A stretch of DNA of 64,000 nucleotides from Camelus dromedarius (GCF_036321535.1 NC_087436.1:41790001-41854000), one strand, 5' to 3'; counted from the first letter of the stretch, positions 26,741 to 41,609 are shown. Translations and numbers: made by a program. Notes: generated by a model not told the origin, from the sequence alone.

Positions 26741-29564
26741 AAGGTAAACTTTTTCTTTACAATAATTGAGAAGTCAAATAATAATTATTATTACATATTT
26801 ATGTATTGTAATCAGTGTCTTACCCTAATTCTAATAAGTATTATAAATATTTTTTCTAAAGTATATAATTTTACTATAGTATTTTATTTTAATTTCTTTT
26901 ATAATGGTGCCTGTAATCTTCAAAGTTGAATTTCATCATTAATAAATTCTAATCATCCACACTTTTAATTAACTCTTCTCTGCAGATCACGTTATGTTTA
27001 ACTGAGGAAGTGTTCTGTTTGGGATTTCAAGATACCTCCTAAATGGAGGCTCTTCTCTTGTTCATGTTTTGAATGGAAGTATATAATATTTCAGAGGTAT
27101 AGTCTTTTGATCTCTTTTAGGGTACCTTTTTTCAACACTTTTTTCAAGACAAGATCTCTCTAGTTGTGATGATTTTGATTAGTTCATCAAATTTAGCTTC
27201 GGAATGGTAGACTTTAATTTTATCCCATTTCAATATATACTATCAATATATGCAATAAAATAGAAAAGCCATAGAGTTCTTCCTACATGTCATGATAATG
27301 CAAAGTACATATTATATAATTCAAGAATTCAATTTTATACACCCCATGAGCTCACATAATTTGGTTTATTTGATACAAATCTTGCCTTTATAGAACGTGA
27401 TTTCAATGTTTTTCTGTTTGCAAATTTTGTAGTTTGTAAGTCAGTAAACCTTGAAAAATGAGGAAATTTTGGTGCTCCATTTTTGAAATACCTTATTCAT
27501 ATTTTCTAAATGCATTAGAAAAGGATTCAAAAAAATACAGAGGACTAATGCATTTAAAAATTAAATACCATTGTAGGGCATTTAGGTTGATTAACAAAAT
27601 AGTTCTTCAAAAGGCTAAACATCTCTAAAATCTGACTGATGACATGCAGCAAATGCAAGAAGGCACATACTGCTGTGCAAAATATATAAATGTATGTATA
27701 TCAGCCATCATCTCCCTGACAAAAATACCATAGTTCAGTTACTCTAGCTTCATATGCATATATATACACACACCCAAATATTTGGAAGTTATAACAAGTA
27801 CACCTTCTCTTTACATTTGGAAAATAATTGAGTTCAGAATCAATCACAAATTATGCCTGTACCACAACTGACTTTAAGTACATTTCAAGTCCATTCTTGT
27901 TTTTTCTTATTTTAGCAAAAATATTGTTTCTATCATGATTCTTTGCTCTACCAAATTCTGCAATTTTAATTGTAAAACAAATTACTTTTACCATCAGTGT
28001 TGCATTTCAGTTGGGTTTACAATGACACTTGTAATAATATCAAATGTCACATTAACTTTTAGTAGCTTTACTTTGATTCCAAGAATTGGAGAAAAATAAT
28101 TTGGACCATTATTGAATTTAACTTTTTCCAGTGCATGCTTTAAATCTCTGAGTATGCTGTCTTCAAATGACATCATAACTTTTTATGGTATTATTTTTCT
28201 TCTAAAGGACCAGTACTAACAGATCTCATTTAATACAGAAGAAAAATTATCATTGAAAATGACAGCAGTTAATTTAGGAGAAGTCATCTGACCTAAATGA
28301 AAACTCGTATTTCACAAAATGGTACATAAACACCATTCTGGAGCTCTGTATGACAAATTGTCACTCCAAAACACATTCTAATTAAACTACCTATAATGTT
28401 TTAAATAGATCCTAGAGCTTATTTAGCAGATTTGCAGAGTTTATCTTAATAGGAAATTTTGTCACAATTGTCTTAGCAGATGATAAATGTTGATGTTTTA
28501 TCAACATTTTTTGAAAAAATTTAAATACTTTTAAAATTTTTATATAGATTTAAATTTCATTGCTGTAGAAGAGCACCATTGCAAAATAAAGCATGTCAAG
28601 TAGTAATATAAATAGTTGCAAATTATGTCATACAATATATTGCAAAAGCACTGTAGTGAGAATATTTGAACTATACTCTATAATCTCTTTAAACTCTGTG
28701 GTAGGGCTGCTCATTATTTATTACCCACTCATATTTCACATACACGAAGATATAATTTTTACTGCCCACTGATCTCCCCGATTGGCATTCTGGTGGCTTC
28801 ATGCGTTTGGCAGGCTTCAGGACCTGCATGGCACCCCAGCAGCGTGAATTAGGTTCTTGGCTAACTTGGCAATTATCCAAGCATCACCTTCATTTTATCA
28901 ACAAATATTCTAAATGCTGAGCTCAAAAGAGAGTTGAAGTTAAGTTGAGAATCAAGTGGTCTAAGGGAAGAAGAAAAGAGATGTGTTATTACTGACTAGC
29001 TTTTCATTCTTAACCACATAGTAAGGTAAGAATTCTGTGCGTTGCACATGTGTCTTACGTGATATAAAAAGAAGACATGGCAGAAGCTGGGAATAGAAAG
29101 TCTGAGTCCAGCAACCTCATATAGGTTTCTGTGACTATTAATACTTATCCTGTATTTAAAGAAAATGAAAAAAAAAAAAAAGCCAGGAAAATGCTAAGCC
29201 AGGTAGACAGGATACCTCACTGTCCATGTCAAACCAGGCTGTATATGCTACTTTACTTATTATTCTCTTTTATGATTAGGTACATTCTTAAGTCTTAAGC
29301 CGACATTACTTATAATTGCTATTTATGTATTCAATTTATTGACTGTTGTCTGCCAGGATTTCCTTTTTATAATAAATTGCTTCTAAACTTATCTTAGGAA
29401 CAATTTAATGTTTCACTTTGTTTTCCACTGTGATGTTCTCTGTTTCCTAATTCAGACATTTTGAAATGTAAGTCATTGGAAGATTTACTAGTACTGTGAA
29501 AACTACGGACTGAAAGAGCCAAATAGTTTTATCATCTTAGTGCTTCTCTTCCTATTTCTAGGTC

Positions 29565-29778
29565 ATTAAGGTTAAAATTGTGAACTCAGGAGCTGGACAA
29601 ATCAAGTTCACATTCCAATCCTACTACCTTGGGCAACCTAGACACTTAGCCCCTCTGTGCACCAATATCTTCATTTGTATTTTATGAGCTAGATTTTTTC
29701 ATGGGATTCAGTGAGTTAATAAAGCAAATTGCTTAGGAGATACCAGGCTCACTCAGTGTTTGCTGTAAGTATTATTAT
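29565..29778 (+). mobile_element. MIR SINE
   Basis: ggttaaaattgtgaactcaggagctggacaaatcaagttc...accttgggcaa...cccctctgtgcacc...cttcatttgta...gattcagtgagttaat...gcttag. Confidence 0.65.
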
Positions 29779-30984
29779 GAGGCTACGACTTCATTTCCAC
29801 TCTGTTCTTATTTACTTCTCCTCTTTTTTTTTTTGTTCTTTTACTGTTATTCTCATTTGTCAACTCATTTTGGGCCGTAAACAGCTACATTTACAGAATC
29901 TGTGCACTCTAAAATGGTTCACCCAAGACCTATCCCAACTTGGCCTGAATTTTATTTTAAAATTTGACTGTTTTTTCATGGAGAAAGCTGGAACCATTTG
30001 GCACATTGCCCAACTCCTATGAGGGTTCAAGAAATAGTGGTGCTGTTACAGTCACTGCCCTGCTTGGTCAAACTAGTGGTGGCACTATTACTGCTGAGGT
30101 CATTGCAACTACTTTATATTATTATTTGGGAGTTATTATTATTTCCATTTCTTAGAATCCAAAAGATGAGGGATTTGATGCATACTAACCATTTGTCAAC
30201 ATATTTCTTATATAGAAATATTAATATATCTTCAGTTAATTTTAACAAAAAGAGAAAGGGGCAAATCAACAACTGCCTTGTTCAAGTTAGAAATCAAATT
30301 ATGTGGTTATTACTTCTTTGTTTCTTTGTTTTATATTGTTGACTGGACAAAGAATAATGATCTTTGTAAGTATGAATCAATGAAATATGAATTTTCGTTT
30401 ACTTCAAGCAGACGAAATTACCCCAGTATGAAAACTCATGTTGAGAGTCTTGTTATGAGTGCATTTTACTATAGTTTAGTCTGCTTCCTCCACAATTGTT
30501 GCTTCCCAGTAAAATTGATGGTTCTCTAATCCTTTCACAAATGATATCAGTCAAAAAAAATGTCTTCCTTCATACATTTAGGATCAATTAGTACCGAAAC
30601 AAAATCCTTTTTTTTAAGTTTTATTTTTAATGTGGCTTACTCTATATCTTCACTGGGAAAAAAAAGCCTATTGACTCTATGAGTGAAATTTCTACTTTGA
30701 ACTCCATCTTTACCTTTGCAATAAAATAATAAATTTGTTAAGAAATATGAAATGTGTTTGCTCCAAGAATATGGCAGAACTTAACAGAGTGAAGAAAAAT
30801 CTTGAAATTTAGTCATATTTTTAAAATGTGCTTTAAAAAATCTTACTATTGAAAAATATTTTTAAATCATATAATAAATTATGATAAAAAATGTGATCAT
30901 TATTTTTCTTGTTTTAATTCACATTATATATTAAGAAGAAGAAAATATTTTTAAAATGGTTTTAGACACAGGAAAGCAACTTTA

Positions 30985-31632
30985 TGTGTCAGTTAAATAA
31001 TTCCATGTAACAAACTACCAAAAATTCAGCAACTTATGCATTTATTTGACTTCTTAAAATTGTCTGAAACTTCACAACTTGTAGTACTGAAGTGAATTTA
31101 TATATTGCTAGTCTGCGATTATTTACATAATGAGGGTAATATTAATAAGTAACTTAAAGCTTCATTTATTTCCATGTCCGTTGCATTAATAAAGTCTGCC
31201 TTTTCCTCTCTGCTCCTGTGTTGCTTGTAAATCAGCAGATCAACAGGGGTCAGCTGATCTAGTTGGGCTCTGCCAGCCTCACTCACGCATCTACAGGTCA
31301 GCTAGGGGCTCTGTTCTAAACTGGACTTGTCTAGGACATCTTAACTGGGTGGCCTCAGTCCACATACCCAGGCATGTTCTTCTTACAGTGATAATGGAAT
31401 TACAAGAGAATGAGTAGAAACCTATTATGCCTCTCAGACCTCAGTTTGGAACCAGCATAGTGGCACTTTCTTCTCAATCTATTGTCTAAAATACATCATG
31501 TAGCAAATCCAAAAGTAAAGGGATGGAAAAATATGGTAGCCCTCTTATTGGAAGGAACTACAAAGTCCTGCAACAAAGGGCTTTAATACCGGTAGGAGTA
31601 ACAATGTAAGGCCAATAATGCATTCCACTCCA
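30985..31632 (-). mobile_element. MaLR LTR, MLT1H/I-like, interrupted
   Basis: tgtgtcagtt...gtaacaaactaccaaaaattcagcaactta...cagctgatctagttgggctc...ctcactcacgcatctacaggtcagct...tggcactttcttctcaatctattg...ggaaggaactacaaagtc. Confidence 0.6.
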
Positions 31633-32660
31633 TTTTCCTTCTTTCTTCTTTATTCTGAAGCACTGATTTTTTTCCCCCTAAAATTGGAGCTGCACATTTC
31701 ACAAAAGAAAAGCATGGATTTTCTTTGTTGTTTTATCTTTTTACTTTAGAGTTAGGTTGGAACTATTGTCACTATAGACAGTGCACAACTAAAATGAGCT
31801 TATGAGTGGCACTCTAAAAGCAGTCTAGCCTTAAGGTGTCTATGATGCAATTAAGTATGCACTTTCTATTTTCCCACAAATAATCATGAAAAAATACTGA
31901 GTGCTTCCTTCATGGCTTTATGGTTTCTCATTTCTCCTTTTAATTGGAAGTTTGGGATTTCTAAGTGTTTGTCTATAAATTTATAATTGCAAACAATTAA
32001 AATCCTAAAGGGAATTAATATGTTAGTTACTTTATTGTTGTCTACATTAACAGGCAGTGTTATCATATAACTGAAAGTTCTGTTTGTTTCTATGGTCATA
32101 TGTTAACTTGCTCTGCCTCTTTAGACCTGTATTCTCTGAAGAGTGGCATTGTGTATTGACGGTCACTTTGTGAAATAAAACCAGTGTTTTTTTTAAAAGA
32201 TTTATGAAAATAGTCAGCTTAGTGGAAAAGTTAGAAAAAGTTCCAATTATAAAATCATAGAAATGACTTGATTTTTTTGTATTCAGTAGTTTATAGATAT
32301 ATATGAGTCCAGATTCATTTCTTTTCAAAATGCAGGTGATGACTCATGATATGCATTTACATTAACAGATAAAGGTTAGCATTTCAAATGTTTATGAAAA
32401 GGAATTAAATAGAAAAAGATTGAATAGAACAAAAAGTAAAGTATTAAATGTACTCTGCACATAGTTATAGTAAGAACTGTTGTATGAAACTCTTGTTTCT
32501 GTGGGTATCTGTGTGTGTCACAAAAAACTGACAACCAGTAATCTAGATTGTGATATCAATAGCATGGATCTGAGAAATTCTCTGATTCATTCCTATCTCC
32601 ACCAAAAAAAAAAAAAAATTGTATAATTTAAATAAAAGTACACAGAAAGTATAACCTCAC

Positions 32661-33590
32661 AAAAAACAAACTGATTAAAAATGGGCAGAAGTTATAAATA
32701 GACTTTTTTTTTCCAAAAAAGATACACAGATGGCCAACAGGCACATGAAAAGAAGCTCAACATCACTAATCATCAGAGAAATGCAAATCAAAACCATAAT
32801 GACATATCACCTTACACCTGTCACAATGGCTATCATCAAAAATCTACAAATAAAAAAAATGTTGACAAGGTTGTACAGAAAAGGGAATCCTAGGACACTG
32901 TTGGGGGGATAATGTAAACTGATACCATTGCCATATATAACAATATGGAGGTTCCTCAAAAAACTAAAAATAGAACCACCATATGATCCAGCAATTCCAC
33001 TACTGTGTATATATCCAAAGAAAATGAAAATACTAATTCAAGTAGATACATGCACCCCAATGTTTATAGCAGCATTATTTACAATAGCCAGGACATGGAA
33101 GCAACCTAAGTGTCTATGAATAGATAAATGGCTAAAGAAGATGTGGTAAAGATATACAATAGAATACTACTCAGCCATAAAAAAGATTGAAGATTTTGAC
33201 ATTTTCAATAATATGGCTGGACCTAGAGGGTGTTATGCTTAGTGAAGTAAGTCAGACAGAGAAAGACAAATACTGCATGTAATCATTTATATGTGTGGAA
33301 TTTAAAAAATAAAGCAAACAAATGCAACAAAATGAAATAGACTCTTAGATATAGAGATAAAACTAATGAGGGGAGGAAAGGGAAGATGGACAAGACAGGG
33401 GTAAGGGATTAAGAAGCACAACCGACTATGCATAAAATAAATAGGCTACAAGGATGCATATTGTATAACCCAGGGAATATATCCAATATTTTATAATAAC
33501 TTAAATGAACTATAATCTATACAAATATTGAATCACTATGTTGTATGCCTGAAACTAATATTATAAATCAATTGTACTTCAATAAAAAAG
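32661..33590 (+). mobile_element. 5'-truncated L1 (ORF2 C-terminus plus 3' UTR, L1MA-like)
   Basis: ORF track fragments [22 protein letters not shown]...HLTPV and WRFLKKLKIEPPYDPAIPLLCIYPK...CTPMFIAALFTIARTWKQPKC are L1 ORF2p C-terminal sequence, frameshifted. The 3' UTR ends cctgaaactaata...tcaattgtacttcAATAAAaaag. Possible degenerate TSD agaaag..a.ctca.aaa on both sides. Confidence 0.93.
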
Positions 33591-33949
33591 AAAGCAAAAA
33601 TCTCATAAATTTCCCTTATTTTATTTTCCCATTAGCATATTTCAATAACTATGATTCCCAATATTGCTTAGTATTTCTAAAGCCTGACTGAAATCCTTCT
33701 TGCTGTATGGCCCTTTAGACGAATTCTAATTTAGATAAGCTTTTGTGTACCAGATATTTGTGGAACTGATTGAAATTTGAATGTTACTGAATTATTGATA
33801 ACTTGCCACATAGAGAGGTTGAAAGCATGAATCCTATCCCATCAAATGTTTTAAAGAGTGTAGGGTTTTAGACGGCCACCTGAAAGGTTATCCAGCTTAT
33901 AGAATTATATAAAAGAGCGTGGTCTAGACAGATCCATTCAGAGAAACTC

Positions 33950-34135
33950 TTTGGTATAGTGTAGAGATGACAGGGCTGGGAGTCACTGAGTCCTCTTGTA
34001 GATTCCAGATTTGCTGCTTTGGGTCTCAGTATTTTAACCTGTACAATGTTCACAATACCGCATTAATCATGGAATCATTGTGAGACTCAAAACAATCTAT
34101 GGGAACATCTTTTGTAAACTCTAAAGTACTTTTAA
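33950..34135 (+). mobile_element. Decayed MIR (MIR3/MIRc-like)
   Basis: 'tgggtctcagtattttaacctgtacaatg...ttgtgagactcaa...ttttgtaaactctaaagtact'. Confidence 0.5.
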
Positions 34136-36288
34136 AAATGATTTGGAGATAACATAATTTTGGCATTGAATGTATTATGAAAGCAAGCATATTGAAACAA
34201 ACTTCTGCTGACAGCAATGACAGAGAACATTAAATTTGACAAACAGCTTGTTTCCCTGCATCACCCTAACAGTAGGCATGGAAGAGTGGTTCATGCTGGA
34301 GGAATAACTCCATCCAGGATAATCTGGAAATCTGAGATAAGAATATAAACTAGATTGCTTCAAATATAGCTTTTGCTTAATTGCAAACACACACACCCCT
34401 TAGTTAGTTTGGCAGATTGGGAAATATTAGTTATTTAGACTTGAGGAATTGTACTTGATAAGTAATGAACTTTAAGGATTAGCATGAGTTAATTTAAACT
34501 AAACAATTTATTTTACTTTAGTTTGACCTTCATGTAGAAGGCAATATCCTAAATAAAAAGTCTAGTTTTCTATTTCTTATGACTCAGGGACTAAAAATCT
34601 GACTTACAGTTTTATTCATTTTAGTTCATTTATGTTAGCCTTGAAATATTTGCTATATGATAATCATCATAATAATCTTGGAAAGGACATCATATAGCAA
34701 GGGAAACTTACAAAGTCATCTCTCCTTCAGAATTGCATCTGAGGCATATCTGATAGACCATTAGAGCATGCCCCATCATCCATGGGCTCCATATCACCAC
34801 ATGCATTGAAATCTACAGATAATTGGGTATTCAAAGTAATATAGAGATTTAACTGTATTATACATGCACAATGTCCTTCCTTTACTACTGTCAGCATAAT
34901 CTCAATACAAATTAGCAGTTACTATAAAGGTCATTTGAGAATAAATGCTTCAAGTTGTAGTTAGTTATATTTAGTCTTTTGGAGAGGAAGGGACTTCTGG
35001 TGAAGCAACTATTTTTCAAGTTATAGGAGAGGTAGGAAAGTGAGTGCATGCATATTTGGTGATAGAAATAACTTGAAGATCTATAGCTAAGTATAAAATT
35101 CCATTCTCTATGCCTTTTCCCTGTGCTATGGCTTTGTCCCTGTTTAATTTCTACTGTCCTTCCCCCACGTCACCCAGGTCTCACTCATGCAACACCCTTT
35201 TACTAAACAGAGATTATTGTGATTCAGTGATGCTAGACTTGAAATAGTTACATGGCTTTCTTATTTTTAGATCACCTTTCACCTTTCAGGCATTGAAAAA
35301 GGCACTATTCCATTAATATTTCTACTAGACTAAATAATTCCATATGTATGGTAGTTGTATGACAGAATGCAATCTACTATCTGAGATTCGGTGATTGAGT
35401 CCAGTTATAGGTGAAACTGGAGGCTATTCACTCAAGTAATCTACCATTAAGTAGGATACCAAATTAATTTTCTCTGCTCTTTGTTTCTGTGTGCGTCATT
35501 TTATCTATCAGTCAGAGTTTGAGGGGAAGAACAGCACCAAATTTATGGTAACAGCAGTTTTCTTTAAAGCACATCAACAAAGATGAATTGGCAGATTCTT
35601 GGTTCACCATCTTTTATACAATATTGCCCTCTATGGGAACCTAAAATATTGAAGATTTTAGTAGAGTGATAAGTATATTTTTTGATACACTTCTGTGCTC
35701 ATCACATGCTTTTTCTTTCCCCTCTAAATTTCATTACTGCTTTTTTTCTCAACTTCTAACAGATACAGACAGCTAAACCAGCAAACAAATTTATCATTCC
35801 TTCATTAGGTAGTGTGTTTACAGTATCATTTTACTTTATTCATTACAGAATTCATTTTACCTTATTTAATTTATTTATTTTATATTGCATTCAATTATTT
35901 ATTTTGTCTTCTTTTGGTAAAATAGTCCCATCTTCAGAGTACTCTATTTATTGACTCCAGTTAATTTATAGTCATTTCATGAATGATAATTTCTATTCAG
36001 AAAGGGGAAGTATCAATTAAAGCCTGAAAATAAAATGATACTTATAAAAGATAGACAAATCATATTATATGATGGAGCATTTATAAATTACAGTGTCATT
36101 CCTTTGATTCTATAAATACAAGTCAAATTATATGTAAAGTATTTAAAGAAGAAATAAAGACTTTATCCTTACTAATATCTTTCTATTTGTAATTAATAAT
36201 AGGGAGATTTAAATGACATGGGTTCTAAAAAGGAAAACTAATCTGGGTTTTATTATCCATGGGGAAAATTGCTTTATAACGCCTCTTT

Positions 36289-36463
36289 GGTTTTTTTGTT
36301 GTTTTTTGTTTTTTAATTTTTTTTTTATGTTGAGGAGGGGAGGTAATTAGGTTTATTTGTTTATTTACTTTTCTTTTTTTTTTCAAAGGAGGTACTGGGG
36401 ATTGAACCCAGGACCTCATGCTTTCTAAGCATATGCTCTACCACTTGAGCTATACTCCCCCCA
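36289..36463 (-). mobile_element. Camelid tRNA-Ala-derived SINE (Vic-1 type) with 17-bp TSD (2 mismatches)
   Basis: The minus strand reads GGGGGAGTATAGCTCAAGTGGTAGAGCATATGCTTAGAAAGCATGAGGTCCTGGGTTCAATCCCCAGTACCTCC, then A-rich linker, CCTAATTACCTCCCC and A tail. TSD ctttataacgcctcttt (36272-36288) and ctttataactccttttt (36464-36480). Confidence 0.92.
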
Positions 36464-36617
36464 CTTTATAACTCCTTTTTGTGACTTCATTTTGAATTGA
36501 GTTGTTGCATCTATTTGTGGAACACAGAACTGGTGCAACGATTTCATTGAAAATGTATTTGTATATAAATATTAGTTAGTGCACCCTTCTCCCCATTTCC
36601 TAACCCTAAGTTGCCAC

Positions 36618-36765
36618 CATTCATTCATTCATTCATTCATTCATAAGTTTAATTTTTAAAGAAAGTACAAATATCTACTTTATGCCATGACACTGCTCCA
36701 AGTGTTGAGGATATAACTTTCAAAAAAGGGGAGATGGAGAGGAGATGATCTGTTCTCAAAAAGCA
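36618..36765 (-). mobile_element. L2 3' end with (CATT)n tail
   Basis: (CATT)6 followed by 'tctactttatgccatgacactgctccaagtgttgaggatata'. Confidence 0.65.
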
Positions 36766-39700
36766 AAGACTTCATTGCTTAGACTATGACTGGGGACTCA
36801 AAATTAGTGTGGTTCTCTAAGAAAGGTAATGATAGCAATATAGTGCTGGATACCTAATTACTAGGTGGTTACAGAAGGCACCACTGGGCTTATAGGAGGA
36901 GTACAAGCTGACCCTGGTCATATATCTCATATGTTTATTTGTATCACCTCTCAAGCATAAGGGAGACTTTCAACCATGGCTGGCTAGCTTTCAAATGTCA
37001 TATGCTTATACCATTGCTCACAACTCACCCTCTCAATCCCTGCCCCCAACACACACACCACTATACTGAAACCAAATAGGAGAAGGAGTGAGACTGTCTG
37101 GTGAATTATCCCAGAGTGATGGTAATTTAGAGTGAGGCATTGGAGCTAACAGGACAGAACTGATTTAGGAAGGCTTGGTGAGACACTAAGATTTCCCATG
37201 CTGATCAGAACATTAGCAGGAGGAGCTCATAGATGAGATGCCTTTCCTCAAAGGACTGGAACAGACAGAAAACAAATGATATTGAGATACCTAAGATAAA
37301 AGGAATTTGCTAACAGATGAAACAAAATACCCTTTAGGACAAAAGAGTTTTTACAAATTTATCCTCGTGATGCTAGGATTCTGGCCCACAAGTAGGTTTC
37401 TCATTTTGAGCACTTCAGACTTTAAATTACAGGATATAAAATGACTTGACTCGTACGGCTTATTTCAAAAGGAAAGTTGCCATTAAACCATAATGAAATT
37501 TTGGCAAACACATTACAAAGAGAAGAAAGAAATGAAGAAGCAAAGTGAAACTCCCTATGGTAGATACCCCATTCACACTGAAGCACTTTGCAGTATTTAA
37601 AGATTCTCCTTGGGTAAGAGACTCCCAATGGAGATGTGACCTAATTAATGTACTTTATGAACTCTAACCACTTTTATTTAGCCTCAAAAAGGGAAATTCT
37701 CATAACAGGGATCAGACCATGGAATAATCATAAATTGAATTTCTAGTGTCCTCCCTCCCCTCACCCTTTGCTATACAACAAAGATTTTTGTGATTCAATA
37801 ATGCCTTGGCCAACATCTGCTATTTATTAAAAATCATGTTCCTTTAGGCAATTGTCAGCCAAACTGGAATTGGTCTGTTTAGTCTGTTTGTTCTCTCACT
37901 TGGCCTTTCAAGCTTTGCGTCTTCAAAGGATTTATTTGAAGCATTAACATGCTGATCTCTCTCTTGCTAAAACAATGCACTACAAGAAGATTCTTTCATC
38001 CAACCTGTGGTTCCCATTTGCCCCTCTCTCAATAACTTGCTAACAAGAGATCCAGATGTGTAATAAGGTAACATTTAAGTCTGAGACTGGAGTGCTTATT
38101 ATATAATTAATGATACATGTCACTAATTTTTCTCACCATTTATATGATTCCAGTGGAGCTAAACTGACTTTATGCTCTGTCTTTCTCACATTTTTTTTTC
38201 TCTAAGTAATTACTAGCAGAAGTTTTTTTTTTTCCTTTGAAAAAAAAAGTTTTTGTACTAGTCACCCACAGCCCAATTAGAGGCTTTTCCCCTCAAGGCA
38301 TTAACTTTGAACATAGCAGTTTCTCTTATTCATGCTTTTTCCTTTAAAAAAGAGTTAGAGCCTTTCTGTGTTACTTGGGACAACTGGAAAGTTGCTTATG
38401 ATTTAAAAAAAAAAAATCTTTATAAGGAAAGGGGAAAGAAAGTGGCACCATGGTAAAAAATCCTGCACACATGAGCTTTAGTAGTTTAAACTGTAAGATA
38501 AATTAGTATTTAAATTGTACATATTCAAAACTGTCATTTCTATGGTAGAATTAAGGAGGAGAAATGAAACTTGGAAAAATAAAAATACATATTTAAAACT
38601 ATACTATTTATAATCTGTACATGCATGTGAAGGGTTTTAAAATTAGAAATGACAAGGCACTTGTAAATATTTCTTTGGCATTTTCTTTGCAAATTTCTGT
38701 TTATTGTACATGCATAGATTTAAAACTTGCCTTTAAAAATAATTAACAATAAAGAAGTTAATGAGAAAAAAATAATGAATGGATATTTTAGCACTTGTTA
38801 AGTTTGCTGAATTATTCTGAATTCTTCTGTTATTTCTGTTAGTAGATATACTTACCCTCTGACTTTTACCATATAAAAATGAATTGACACATAAATCAAA
38901 CAGTGGGTTTCTTCTTTAATAAATATGTCTTGGTTTTGTTTCCTGTTTCCTCTACTGAATAAATAAGCACTGATATATTCTTTATATGCTCTGTATACAT
39001 TTTAAATGTGTATTATGGACTATTTTCAAAGTTTTATTTTTTATAATTTCAAAACCATGCATATGATTCATTTTTTGAATTTTCTAGGAAACTCATTCTT
39101 CTTTTAAAAGAGTTTTTGATAGCAATTGAATTAAAATATATAGAGTACCAAAACTTTATTTGTTCAACAAATTCAATTCAACTTAATAAAGATCCATTAA
39201 GGGCTTAGTATATATCTCAGGACCTGGACCTATGTCTAAATAGATAAAGAAAAAATTATACTGTACTTTGTAGGATGTCAAAAAATAATAGAATTCAACT
39301 ATGAGCAGGTGGGCAAATGCTTTGCATAATGTGTATTATTACAAGCTAACTGGATAGATGCTATATCTAACTTAAGTGCAAGGCCTATAATCGTGGAGCA
39401 CAAGTTGACTGATTAAAAAACACTTTGAGAAAATAATTCTTCCCTGTCTTCTCTTGCATATCACATTCCTTCTTTCCAACACTCAAGATCATTTAATTTC
39501 CCCAACATAACAGATTTTAAAATAATAAATATTAAAATTTTCACATAAATTTTTTAATAAAAATACAATATACAAAGGAAATTATAAGATAAATATTCAA
39601 GGTATTTTGGGGATTATTTTATTTGTACTGTTTAATATGGACACTATGAATTTCTCCAACTTTCCCCAGGAGTAGCAAAGAAAGCACTTTTTAGTTGGTT

Positions 39701-41609
39701 TCCATCATTTATACATGGTATATCTGGTAGGACTCTCTGTCGCCAAGACTTTATTTCTGAATGAGAAATGAACAGTAAATTGCTTTTTTTTTCTTTTCCT
39801 GCTAGGAAATTGAACTCAGAAACTTGGGTTTTTTTATTTTGAAGTTTGTCTTTAACAGATAATTTAAAATACTTTGTGTTAATATCTTCCATTAATGTTG
39901 TATATAACACTTACATTGTCAGAGTGGTTTCACTTTATTATTTATTACACTCCAAATGATAATGCTGTTGCTTTAGCTACAAGCATTGTTTATAGACTAA
40001 TATTGGATAAAAAAACCTACCGACAACTTTCACTTGTAATCAGTTCACAACAGCTATGGTTATCACCAATGCTAAGGATATAAATATGTCAATAGGATAA
40101 AGAACTTTAGTAATTTTAAAATGTTTATGTTTATTTTCATTTTGTATTTGTAAGGCAGAAATGATGACTAAACTTGAGTAAATAAAAAGACATTAATATG
40201 GGTGCTTACATAAAATGGAAAATCTTCAATGCATTTTTTAAATTTATTTTACCTCTCAGTAGTTAGTGTTTGGCATAATGCTGGCCTAATAATAATTATT
40301 TTATTAAGCTATCATTAAAGTATTTAACTGCAATTTATTTATCCATTTTGAATTTTGATGTGAATCACTGTGGAAATCCTGACTTGATCTTCAAATACAT
40401 CTTTGCCTTCCGAAGATTCTTTAAAGGTAGTAAGTAGTTCTTTGACTCTTCTCTGAGGGGTTTCAAAATACAAAGTTTTCCTTTAGCAACTTTTAGCTTT
40501 TGCACCTGAAAAAAAATAACTGACACATGATCCACAATTTAGTAGTGATAGTGTTGTTAGGTTATGAAATAACTGGTAGATATTCTTTATAATTTACTAG
40601 ATTTTTTTTTCTAGCCTCTACTTAGCATATGCCTACAGATTGCTTAACCTCAAAACCTTGTGCAGCACAATAGCACTAGTAAGACTGAGTGCCTTAAAAT
40701 TATTCACCCAAAGACCACATCATGAATAAATCCTGTGCTTCGAAGGATAACCTCCTCCACCTGCAGCATACTGAAAGGGTCACTGACACCACCCCAGCAA
40801 CTCAAGCAGAACTTTTTCTCACCAAAGACACAAAAATACCAGAAAAGAACTCTGGGTTTGAGGAAAGTTTGCAGCTCTGTTCTTTAGCCTATAAGGGGTC
40901 TTGGGTCAAATTGTCATAAACACAGTTTATCTCATTAAATTGAATGGTGGAGGCTAAAGAAGATTCAAAAGCAAGAAAAGCCCAGGGAATCAGACACCCT
41001 GGAATGAGGAGATACACTTGATACCTTTGCTTTCATCTTGTACTTATCTGAATAAAGGTTTCAAAGAATTTTACATAATGTAATTAAATGCAATTTATAA
41101 TATCTTTGTGAGTTAATATGAGTTAGAAGAGAACAAATAGCAGATAATTTTCATCCTGTACTGCTGAGTAGAAAATGAGACATGGGACAATTAATTTTTG
41201 TCCATCCTGGGAGTAGAAGAGAACTTTTCCATAATAATCTAGTAATTTGCCTCAATTAATGAAACCATTTATACACTAAACACACACATGCCTACTCATT
41301 TTGTTCTTCTTCCAACATTTATTATGATCTAAAATATTATTATTAATTTCAGGAGTGTGTAGGTCACTAATATTTCTCCAAGTTTCCTATGGCTCATCTT
41401 TGGATTTTGTTGAGTTCATAACTCATGGGTTTGACTGGCACGTATTTACCGGAGAAAACCTTGCCATGAACTTTTCTTTTTTCACACAAGAGAGAATCTT
41501 TCAGTATAGTGTCATAGCTGCAAAGTGGAATTTTACTCTCGAATTTCGTGGGAAATAGTCCAACTGTACAATGAAAGATTATGCAAATCCTCAAGGAGCA
41601 TCTAATCAA

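Noticed and set aside
32730..33119. ORFs with clear protein homology (L1 ORF2p C-terminus)
   Set aside because: Frameshifted fragments of a 5'-truncated L1; not a functional or domesticated gene.
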